From Macrostomum lignano (taxonomy: Eukaryota), in contig NIVC01001808.1 of the NCBI GenBank assembly GCA_002269645.1, forward strand, positions 130,383-194,382: a stretch of 64,000 nucleotides of DNA, read 5' to 3'. Made by a program: the position numbers and the translations under genes. Under the pieces are notes generated by a model. It had not been told where the DNA came from and did not search any database. It was given only the letters and a program-made list of their open reading frames with translations. Below are positions 1 to 12,500 of the stretch, piece by piece (within the stretch, counting starts at the first letter, position 1; each line of letters starts with the position of its first letter).

Positions 1-238
1 CTCACAACTAAGAGGTCCGATCGACTCCTTCGCCTCTTCCCCCTCCCAATGCCGGAAAACGAAAAACCCGCATAGTTGCGTTTGCCTAAGCAAAATTGGC
101 CAAGTTTGAAAAGCCAACAGCGGAGCGATCGAAAGACGGAAAAAGAAATTGCAACTCAAGGCAGCGAGGATCCTGCTGAGCCCGAGCTCAGCCTAAGAGC
201 AGACAATCGACCAAGAGTCTTCTGATGAGGAACTCGGC

Positions 239-1723
<1,485 letters not shown>

Positions 1724-1800
1724 GCTGCCGCTGACTTGGAATTGACTACATCTGGATTGTTTTTTGGGAAGATTTATCACCTTACTCAGTGGGATTGGCT

Positions 1801-3072
1801 GAGTGGAAGAGGGAGAATTATCCCCGAACTCAATGGGATGGGGAAAAGTGGAAGAGGGAGATTTATCCCCGAACTCAATGGGATGGGGAAAAGTGGAAGA
1901 GGGAGATTTATCCCCGAACTCAATGGGAAGGGGAAGAGTGGAAGAGGGAGATTTATCCCGAACTCAAAGGGAAGGGGAAAAGTGGAAGAGGGAGATTTAT
2001 CCCCGAACTCAATGGGAAGGGGAAGAGTGGAAGAGGGAGATTTATCCCCGAACTCAATGGGAAGGGGAAGAGTGGAAGAGGGAGATTTATCCCGAACTCA
2101 ATGGGAAGGGGAAGAGTGGAAGAGGGAGATTTATCCCGAACTCAATGGGAAGGGGAAAAGTGGAAGAGGGAGATTTATCCCCGAACTCAATGGGATGGGG
2201 AAAAGTGGAAGAGGGAGATTTATCCCCGAACTCAATGGGAAGGGGAAGAGTGGAAGAGGGAGATTTATCCCCGAACTCAATGGGAAGGGGAAAAGTGGAA
2301 GAGGGAGATTTATCCCCGAACTCAATGGGATGGGGAAAAGTGGAAGAGGGAGATTTATCCCCGAACTCAATGGGAAGGGGAAGAGTGGAAGAGGGAGATT
2401 TATCCCCGAACTCAATGGGAAGGGGAAGAGTGGAAGAGGGAGATTTATCCCCGAACTCAATGGGATGGGGAAAAGTGGAAGAGGGAGATTTATCCCCGAA
2501 CTCAATGGGAAGGGGAAGAGTGGAAGAGGGAGATTTATCCCCGAACTCAAAGGGAAGGGGAAAAGTGGAAGAGGGAGATTTATCCCCGAACTCAATGGGA
2601 AGGGGAAGAGTGGAAGAGGGAGATTTATCCCCGAACTCAATGGGAAGGGGAAGAGTGGAAGAGGGAGATTTATCCCCGAACTCAATGGGAAGGGAAGAGT
2701 GGAAGAGGGAGATTTATCCCCGAACTCAATGGGAAGGGGAAAAGTGGAAGAGGGAGATTTATCCCCGAACTCAATGGGATGGGGAAAAGTGGAAGAGGGA
2801 GATTTATCCCGAACTCAATGGGAAGGGAAGAGTGGAAGAGGGAGATTTATCCCGAACTCAATGGGAAGGGGAAAAGTGGAAGAGGGAGATTTATCCCCGA
2901 ACTCAATGGGATGGGGAAAAGTGGAAGAGGGAGATTTATCCCCGAACTCAATGGGAAGGGGAAGAGTGGAAGAGGGAGATTTATCCCCGAACTCAATGGG
3001 AAGGGGAAGAGTGGAAGAGGGAGATTTATCCCCGAACTCAATGGGATGGGGAAAAGTGGAAGAGGGAGATTT
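1801..3072 (+). repeat. 45-bp purine/G-rich minisatellite, ~28 units
   Basis: Unit AGTGGAAGAGGGAGATTTATCCCCGAACTCAATGGGAAGGGGAAA with 1-nt length variants. It explains the 15-aa periodic ORFs. Confidence 0.97.
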
Positions 3073-3648
3073 GTCTCCCAAATTAATGAGACCGGAAAGC
3101 AGAAAGGCAGCCAATGGACAAGATTATCCCATCGCCCGATTTAGATGTTTAGTAGAGGGATTTTCTTAAACAGTGTCGATTCGTTCCTTAGTTTTGCAAT
3201 TCATTACCTATCTGGAGTAGCAGGTAACTAAGACTTGCGATTGAACCATTGAACCGCCCTTTTATTGCCTCCGCCTACCTGTAGAATAACTTATTTTTGT
3301 TTGCTCAGTCCGAGACTAAATTTTTTACTTAAATAAGTAAACTTGCACGTACATCAATAGAAGTAGACTTTGAACTTTTCGTTTTTATGTCGAGAAAACC
3401 GATTATTATTATTATTAAGAAGCGTTTGTTCGGACAAAGATTCTTAGCTTAGATGCTAAGGTTCGATATGGATTGGCCGCTAAAATATCCGCTTATTGAG
3501 GCAAAAAACATCAGGGATAAGGCAAGGAAACAAGCAGAAAGGAATATTCTTGTACTCGTAGTTACGCTCTTATATAAGTCAGCGCAAGGCAACTCTGAAG
3601 TCTGGTTCGGGTTGTAAGTCATCTTGGTTGGGTCTGCGCAACCCAACC

Positions 3649-3819
3649 TCAGTGCTGCGAGCGCCGGTTCTGGCCTTCAAAGAACATGAAGTCCTGCAAT
3701 GATGTGGGTGCGATCTGTCTCACTGTCTGTCTGTCTGTCTGTCTGACTGTCTGACTGTCTGTCTGTCTGTCTGACTGTCTGACTGTCTGTCTGTCATGGA
3801 GCCTGTCTGTCTGTCTTAG

Positions 3820-3852
<33 letters not shown>

Positions 3853-3855
3853 TAG

Positions 3856-3915
<60 letters not shown>

Positions 3916-5881
3916 AGAGCTGCCATCTCACGATCAGAAAGCAGGCTGCCAGAACCACAGCTTTGATCTTGACGCTCAAATCTCGCGGAAAAGTGATGCC
4001 AAAGTTGTCAACGTCCGTGAAGTACTCCTGCAGCAGGTTGGTCCACTGCTTGGACACCCGGCCCACCTCCGTGCTGCCATCGTGCGACCTCAGCTGGAGT
4101 GAATTGTTGTTGACGAGGTGAAAATACAAAAGAATGGAATACCAAAAATGGAATATACCTGGTATCAATCAACGGAGTGATGCATATCAGTGCAGTGGAA
4201 AAAATAGAAACTGTGCATAGATCGAGACGGAGTGAAAATTTGTATTGAGTGGGAAGGAGGGTAGAGAATAGAATGCAGAGAGGGTGAATATTTTGGCGGG
4301 TGTGAAAGTACCAATAATGTGAATTATGTGAAGCTAATTGTTGCGAGAGACAAGAAGAGGCAGAAAATATCAATACGTACATGTATAGAGTGAAAATCTA
4401 CCCCTAGATAGAAGAAGGCAGGCACAAAGTGAAGACAACCAACATATAGAAAATTCCAGGGCAAAATATTCAATAAAGCAAATTGGTCTTTCACACTCTG
4501 ATACTCAAATAGCTGAAAGGGAACAGCTAGCAGCGCTTAACCGACGCACTGAGCGTTCCAGAAATAAGAGGAAAGCAGTTTTCACTTCAAAGCGGGGCCT
4601 TTCAAACCAACCCGATAGATGCACACTGTACCAACCCGACAGATGCACACTGCACCAACCCGATAGATGCACACTGCACCAACCCGACAGATGCACACTG
4701 CACCAACCCGATAGATGCACACTGCACCAACCCGATAGATGCACACTGCACCAAACCGATAGATGCACCAATCCGATAGATGCACCAACCCGATAGATGC
4801 ACCAACCCGATAGATTCACCAACCCGATAGATGTACCAACCCGATAGATCCACACTGCACCAAACCGATAGATGCACCAACCCGATAGATGCACACTGCA
4901 CCAAACCGATAGATGCACCAACCCGATAGATGCACCAACCCGATAGATTCACCAACCGATAGATGCACCAACCCGATAGATGTACCAAGCCGAAAGATGC
5001 ACACTGCACCAACCCGACAGATGCACCAACCCGATAGCTGCATACTGCATGTCATGTCAATCACACTACGTCATTGTTTCCTCAACGTGTTCTCTCCGAT
5101 CAAGCAGCTTCTGACAACTGCGTTCGCCAGTGCTGTGGACCGCAGCGCTCATTCGAGCTGTTTGTCGAGGACTACCAGGGCAACGAGGTGCTGCGCATCT
5201 CTAGGCCCTACAAGTGCGTCTGCTGTCACCAGGTCTGCTCCTGCGCCAACTGCTGCTTCGACGAAGTGTCAGTAGAGTCGCCGCCAGGCTGCTACATCGG
5301 ACGGGTTGTGCAGGCCTACGGCGGCTGCCGCCCGGTCTATCAAATCAAGGACGAGGCCGACGCTACTGTGCTGGTGGCGGAGGGGCCCATCTACACCAAG
5401 TGCTACTGCCCCGGAGACGATATACCTTTCACTGTGAGCTGAGAAGTGGGTGGGGAGTGTAGTGTGCATCTATCGGGTTGGTGCAGTGTGCATCTATCGG
5501 GTTGGTGCAGTGTGCATCTATCGGGTTGGTGCAGTGTGCATCTATCGGGTTGGTGCATCTATCGGGTTGGTGCATCTATCGGTTTGGTGCAGTGTGCATC
5601 TGTCGGGTTCAAAGCTACCAAATCAAATTAGGCTTGCCGCCGCGAAGCCTCAAGGAGCGCACTCACACTCTCTAGCGAAGAACACCTGCTGTCCAGTGGA
5701 GTTCTGCACGCTGTACCTGTTCTGCATCTCGAAGCCCGAAATGACTGCAAACAAAGGCGGCATGTTTCGGGTAAATGTTTGCTCATCAAAGCCAAAATTC
5801 AAGCCCAAAGGTCAGTCCGTTGGCGAATACGAACCCTCGAAAGTTTCCTTCTTCTGCTTGATGATGAGCTGGTCGAGCTGG
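3649..5881 (-). CDS. PLSCR: Phospholipid scramblase (PLSCR family). Minus-strand exons 5881-5835, 5744-5667, 4093-3932, 3693-3649; the central exon is on the plus strand; the N-terminal exon is not resolved
   Basis: Peptides QLDQLIIKQKKETFE|VISGFEMQNRYSVQNSTGQQVFFARE, LRSHDGSTEVGRVSKQWTNLLQEYFTDVDNFGITFPRDLSVKIKAVVLAACFLI|DFMFFE* match the scramblase consensus, including the FTDxDNFGIxF motif. All have GT-AG boundaries. Confidence 0.9.
3720..3912 (+). repeat. (GTCT)n microsatellite in the last scramblase intron
   Basis: Direct reading. Confidence 0.95.
4607..5037 (+). repeat. Minisatellite array A (24-bp ACCAACCCGATAGATGCACACTGC, with 17-bp variants)
   Basis: Direct reading; reverse complement of array B. 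Confidence 0.95.
5108..5433 (+). CDS. PLSCR: Central scramblase exon in inverted orientation
   Basis: CAG|CT TCT GAC AAC TGC...TTC ACT|GTGAGC encodes SDNCVRQCCGPQRSFELFVEDYQGNEVLRISRPYKCVCC...SPPGCYIGRVVQ...GDDIPFT. This is the segment missing between the minus-strand exons, and it is phase-compatible (1 and 0) at both ends. Confidence 0.92.
5458..5609 (-). repeat. Minisatellite array B, inverted copy of array A
   Basis: GCAGTGTGCATCTATCGGGTTGGT is the exact reverse complement of the array A unit. Confidence 0.95.
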
Positions 5882-6573
5882 CTATTTCCTATTGAATCTC
5901 TCTTGTGAAGACATTCCACCCTATTATATCGCTGCAGATTCAACTCCGCCTCACTGTGCGCAACGCTGGCCCAAGGAGATCTTATAGAATCTGGAGTAGC
6001 CACATCGGCTAACTAACTAAACTTCTACAGCTCATATTGGAGTCGCACTCCAGACTCTATTTATAGATGAAGATCGCCCTCGCCGAGCGGCCGGAGGGTC
6101 TGCTAGTCTTTTTTCACGATACAGAGAATGCAGCACAGACAATGTTCTTTCAATTTGTTTTTTTCATCTCTCTCTCTCTCTCTCTCCATATCCATCTCTA
6201 AACCTTTGCACCTGGCTACTCAAGAAAATAGCATTCGCTCAGCAGCTATTGTGTCTTTTGGAATCAACCGAGAGACGGAGGAGTGAAGGGGCGAGCAAAG
6301 AAGCTGCTCAACCAATTGAGGGTTGCCAGCCAGAGAAAAAATGCTTCTCTCCCTGCTGACGTCAAAGCTCAAATAGGCCAACGTGCCAAGCAAGCTGTTT
6401 AAGATATTTTCGCAACTAGCACGCTCTCTGCCAGTTCATTTTTCCCAAACTGACTGGTGCAAAAGTTGAATTTCGAACGTGTTGACCTTCTTTTACTTGG
6501 CTGATTCGGACACTGAATCCGAATGGCACCCAACGGAGTCAGTGACCGAAGCGCTAGGCTCCCGCGCTTGATC

Positions 6574-9500
6574 ATGATCAGAATTCTGCTGCTAGTTGCT
6601 ATGCAGGCCACTCTGTTCCCAGGTAAGAGTGCGCATCAAATTTCCGTATCCGCGTGCCTTTGTTGGTTGTTGATTTTTAACCAATTAATCTTAAGTAGAT
6701 GCTTGCGAACGCACTACGCTCGTATTGTCGAGAAAAGTTGAATTTTCTTGATGGATGGATTTAATGGAGGAAGTTTTCGGAGCAAGTGCGACCCCCTTTT
6801 TTCTGATTCTGTCGGGGATAATATGGATGGATTTAATGGGATTATGGAGGAGGTTAAAAAATTTGTCCCAAAAGCCCCCTCATGCCTTCTACTCAACAGA
6901 GTTCTGATGACTGCTCACCAAAAGTTTTTAAGAAGCAAAACTTTTCCATCTTCGATGCTGCTTCAAGGACCACTAGAAGTTACCATTATATCATTAAATC
7001 AGTTAGAAACCCTGGTCTGCTAAATTGTTGCAAGCTTTGATGAATATAGTAACTGTATGTACATATAAGCATGACAAGTTTTAAACGATCTGCAAGGACT
7101 TGCGTGTAATGACATAAATAAGTTTTACTTTAAATGTGCAGCTTTAACAGGTTAAAGCCTTAAAAATTACACACAAATCTATTTTGGAGCTAGTTCAGGT
7201 TTCCCAATCGAATCGAATATCAAATTGCCATCGATCTACTTTAAAAACAATATCGACACATTTCAGGTACTGCATTTGCCCAGCTAGCCTGGGATACATT
7301 CAGCCCAGCTCAGCAGACGTACCCAACCGCCACCGTCACGATAGACGAAAACATGGCGGCTACCACAACGGTGCTGACAATAACCACCACAGGGGCCACG
7401 GGCACCGTGACCTATTCGATTGCATCATCAACGACGGCTGCATTCACCATCGGGGCTTCCACAGGCGTGATTACGGTGAACGATGCGTCACTGCTTGACA
7501 GAGAAGCGATCTCCTTTATTGACTTGGTTCTGCAGGCGGTAGACACGTCTCCAGCAACGGTCTCAACTACAGTTCGGATCGATCTGAAAGATGTGAACGA
7601 GATTGCTCCAACTTTTTCGTCGACTTCAACTTACAGCGTTACCATCAGCGAAAGTGAGTCGAATTGGCGCAAATTCTATAAAAATATTTGGATATGAGTT
7701 ATACAAAGTAAACTTTGTCATTATTCCAGGTGCCACAGTGGGTACAACAATCCAAGCTCTAACGGTGACGGACACGGACAGCGCCGCGACAAACGTTGCG
7801 TGCACCATCAGCTCAGGTGACCCGGACGGCAAGTTCCAGTTTCGGTCGGACAATCAAACCATCGAGCTGAAGGCCGCCATCGAGCCGGACTCGCCGACAA
7901 ACAACAGCTTAACTTACACGCTCACCATCGTCTGCTATGACAATTTCAATGGTGTCTACAGCGGCGGCTCGCTCGCGTCGACTGGCACAGTGTCTGTCTC
8001 CGTGACGCCAGTGAATGACAACTCACCGACCTGGGGAACGTTCACTCCGGCTCTTGCTACTCCAATTACTACGATTGATGAGAATCTGGCCAGTGGAACC
8101 ATCTTTACCGCCGCTGCCTCGGATGTGGACTACGGAACTGACGGAGTCGTGACATTCAGCTTCTCGACAGTCAAGTTCAACACTGGAGCGGATGCCAGCG
8201 CTTTGTTCACGATTGGCTCCTCAAGTGGAGTAGTGTCCAGGACTGCAGCGACCACCCCGGCTCTCGACAGAGAGACATACAGCCACGTTGAGTTCGTTGT
8301 GCTAGCGATGGACAGCCCGACGGTTACAGCCGATCGGTTGACGATTACTCAGACAGTTCAAGTCAATCTCAAGGATGTAAACGAATTTACACCGGTATTC
8401 GACCCTTCAACTGGGCTATATAACGTTTCTTTCTCAGAGAGTGAGTGCTCATACTAGTTAACTATTCTTTTGGAAAACGCAACTCCTATGCATTTTATAA
8501 GACCATTTACAAATACCGGTGGTAGTAAAGGACGTGACATTTCAAAGTCATGAAATCTATAATGCATTAGCAAGAATTGGCCCTCCCACATAGAATAAAT
8601 CCAATATGCATATGATGAGTTTAATTGGGGATTGCTTTATGTACATGTACAAGGTTGTTCATTCTAGTTTTTTGTAGAATGCCAGGGACCTCTGTGATAC
8701 AGGATACCATTTCATGTATACCATAGATATCCATGATAAAAGGTATGCATAACATTAAATAAGATTTTACCACGCACAGCTATCATTATTTGTTTTCCAT
8801 TTTCAAGTGATATTTGGAATTCTTCTCAAAGGTGAGAAAATTGCCAATATTTTAAAGCGAAACACCTGGACCTTTAGATATGTTTTCCTTCATTAGAGGT
8901 GCTACTTCCACTTACTAACCAGTGGTTTCCGATAATTTAATCGTCCTTAATTTATTGACGCACAATCGTTATTCCTCAGCCGCTCCCGCCGGGACTCTGG
9001 TCCTAAACGTATCCGTGAGCGACCCGGACTTCTCGCGCACGGCCATATCCTGCACAATCACATCCGGGAACACGCTGGATCGATTTCAAATGCGCGCGGA
9101 TGGTACATCGTTGGAGCTGAAAACGCAGATCGAGCCGGATTCGCCCACCTCTGATCCTATAAACTATGTTCTTACCCTTTCCTGCGCGGATAATACTGCC
9201 GGTACTTACTCGGGCGGTCAGAAGTCCTCGACTGGAACGGTTACAGTTTGGGTCGAATATAACAATGACTACTCCCCAGTTTGGTCCACGTTTAGCCCGG
9301 CGTGGACATCGGCGACTACTCCGATTTCTACCATTCTGGAGAATCTGGCCGTGAATCAGACTGTATTTACAGCCAGCGCAACAGACGACGACGCTGGAGA
9401 CGATGGTCTAGTCGTCTACAGCATCTCAGGCGCAGTCGCGGAGAATGGGTCCTCAGTGATGGAGGCTTTCGCTATTAACGGTTCCAGTGGGGCAGTCAGC

Positions 9501-12500
9501 ATAGCTAATTCTACAGTGCTCGATCGCGAAGGCTACAGCTATGTTGATGTCACTGTAGAGGCTCGCGACTCGCCTGCATCTGGCACGACCTACACTATCA
9601 CGCAGACAGTTCGAATCGGAATATCGGATTATAACGAATTCCCGCCGGCTTTCACGCCTTCAACTGGACTTTACACACCTGCGATACCAGAAAGTGAGTA
9701 TAGCTACTGGTTTACAGACAGGTTTTCAACATCAGCTCTGCATCAAAAAGGGGTTTGTAGCTTAGTTAAGAGGTTGTAGCCTAGTGAAGGGGTTGTAGCC
9801 TTGTAGTGAAGGGATTGTAGCCTAGTAGTGAAAGGGTTGTAGCTTAGTGAAGGGGTTGTAGCCTTGTAGTGAAGGGATTGTAGCCTAGTAGTGAAAGGGT
9901 TGTAGCCTAGTGAAGGGGTTCTAGCCTAGTGAAGGGGTTGTAGCCTAGTGAAGGGGTTGTAGCCTAGTAGTGGAGGGGTTGTAGCCTAGTGAAGGGTTTG
10001 TAGCCTAGTGAAGGGGTTGTAGCCTAGTGAAGGGGTTGTATCCTAGTGAAGGGGTTGTAGCCTAGTGAAGGGGTTGTATCCTAGTGAAGGGGTTGTAGCC
10101 TAGTGAAGTTGTAGTCTAGTGAAGGGGTTGTAGCCTAGTGAAGGGGTTGTATCCTAGTGAAGGGGTTGTAGCCTAGTGAAGTTGTAGTCTAGTGAAGGGG
10201 TTGTAGCCTTGTAGTGAAGGGATTGTAACCTATTAGTGAAAGGGTTGTAGCCTAGTGAAGGGGTTGTAGCCTAGTGAAGGGGTTGTAGCCTAGTGAAGGG
10301 GTTGTATCCTAGTGAAGGGGTTGTAGCCTAGTGAAGTTGTAGTCTAGTGAAAGGGTTGTAGCCTAGTGAATGGGTTGTAGCCTAGTGAAGGGGTTGTAGC
10401 CTAGTGAAGTTGTAGTCTAGTGAAGGGGTTGTAGCCTAGTGAAGGGGTTGTATCCTAGTGAAGGGGTTGTAGCCTATTAGTGAAAGGGTTGTAGCCTAGT
10501 GAAGGGGTTGTAGCCTAGTGAAGGGGTTGTAGCCTAGTGAAGGGGTTGTATCCTAGTGAAGGGGTTGTAGCCTAGTGAAGGGGTTGTAGCCTTGTAGTGA
10601 AGGGATTGTAACCTATTAGTGAAAGGGTTGTAGCCTAGTGAAGGGGTTGTAGCCTAGTGAAGGGGTTGTAGCCTAGTGATGGGGTTGTATCCTAGTGAAG
10701 GGGTCGTAGCCTAGTGAAGGGGTTGTATCCTAGTGAAGGGGTTGTAGCCTAGTGAATGGGTTGTAGCCTAGTGAAGGGGTTGTAGCCTAGTGAAGGGGTT
10801 GTAGCCTAGTGAAGGGGTTGTAGCCTGGTGAAGGGGTTGTAGCCTAGTGAAGGGGTTGTAGCCTAGTAGTGGAGGGGTTGTAGCCTAGTGAAGCTGTAGC
10901 CTAGTGAAGGGGTTGTAGCCTTGTAGTGAAGGGATTGTAACCTATTAGTGAAGGGGTTGTAGCCTAGTGAAGGGGTTGTATCCTAGTGAAGGGGTTGTAG
11001 CCTAGTGAAGTTGTAGCCTAGTGAAGAGATTGTAGCCTTGTGGTTAGAGCGTTGGACTCTCAGCTTGTAGGTCAGGGGTTCGATTCCCGATCCAACTGAA
11101 ACAATTTGTGTCCTTGAGCAAGACACTTAACTCTGCATTGCTTCAGTTCACCCAGCTGTAAAATGGGTGCCAGCATTAGTTGAGGTAATTGAGGGTGGGT
11201 GTGGCGACCTCCCAGTCCTTGGACTGAACAGCTGTACGCAGCCTTCAGATGCGCCGCACAATAGCTGCGGCTGAGCTGTCGGTTGCACATCTGCTCATTA
11301 GGGCAGGTGTAATGTACAAGTACATATAGTATTATTCGTATATGTACCTGTGTGCGTAAATTAATTTGTATTTCTTTTAAACGTGTCCCAAATTCCAGCC
11401 ACGACAGCGGGCACCGCAGTGCAGACTATTGTTGCCACGGACCCGGACTACTCGAATACAGCAGTTGTGTGCGCCATTGCCGCTGGTAACAGTCTGAATC
11501 GGTTTGCAATCAACACGGCCGATAAGAAGCTTGTAGAGACCGCCTCCGTCATTCAGCCGGACAAGCCCACCCTCGATCCCACCATCTACCTTCTAACCGT
11601 GCACTGCGCCGATATGAACAACGGCACCCTGGGAACTCCAGTGCTGACATCGACAGCCTACATCACGGTCAATGTGACCCTCGTCAACGATTACGATCCG
11701 ACAATCACCCTGAACTCGACAACGATGGTGATCCCGGAAGACACCCCAGTATCCAGTTTCATTGTCAGTGTGACTGCGGACGACTTGGACTATGGAAATG
11801 ACGGTACTTTCACCATATCGCTGAGTCCAACAACACCGTTCGCGTATGTAGTACCATTATCTTGCTTCTACGTCGAAATCCTAAAATTTCTCCTTAGATT
11901 GAATTGAGTTATTACGCGTTCGATTAATTTCAGTTTAACCGGAGACCGAACAAAGCTTCTGCTGACAGAGGCTCTAGACAGGGAAACCAAGGATTCGTAC
12001 GTGATTGAAATGAGGGCACTGGATCAGGGGTCTCCAGCTAGGAGCAGCACCACAACGTTGACAGTCAGCATAACTGACGTCAATGATAACACACCTGTGT
12101 GCAGTCCCAACACGTACAATGTCAGCGTCACCGCGGACAGTGCAGCCACCCTAGTGGCAAGCATTCCTTGCACCGATGCCGATCTGGGTGACAACCAGCT
12201 ACTGGCCTATTCTTTTCTGTCGGGGGACACGCGAAATCTGACCCTTTCGTCTACCACTGGTAAGTCAGCGAGTTTTGCTTAAAAAAATATAACACAATCT
12301 ATATTCAACTCATATTGATAATTGGTCACATGACTTATCCAGGTGCCTTGACAACAACCTTTCTAACGTACGATTCCGCGGCGCCGTCCAAAACTCTGGT
12401 GATCACTGTGCGCGACAGCGCGACACCCGCCTCGGCGCAGCGCACAGCGACCGTCACAGTCACCGTGCACGTGCTGCCAAGAAACCTCGGCCCGCCAGTA

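Noticed and set aside
1736-3169. Long ORFs of 427-477 aa in all three plus frames
   Set aside because: Products of a stop-free 45-bp satellite; open in several frames at once.
5890-6120. Scramblase N-terminal exon
   Set aside because: No convincing GLEYL-like peptide with a phase-2 donor was found; left unresolved.
11026-11100. tRNA gene (also 21200-21275, 46980-47040, 48960-49020)
   Set aside because: A and B boxes are present, but there is no complete acceptor stem and each is fused to a repeated body; these are SINE-type heads.
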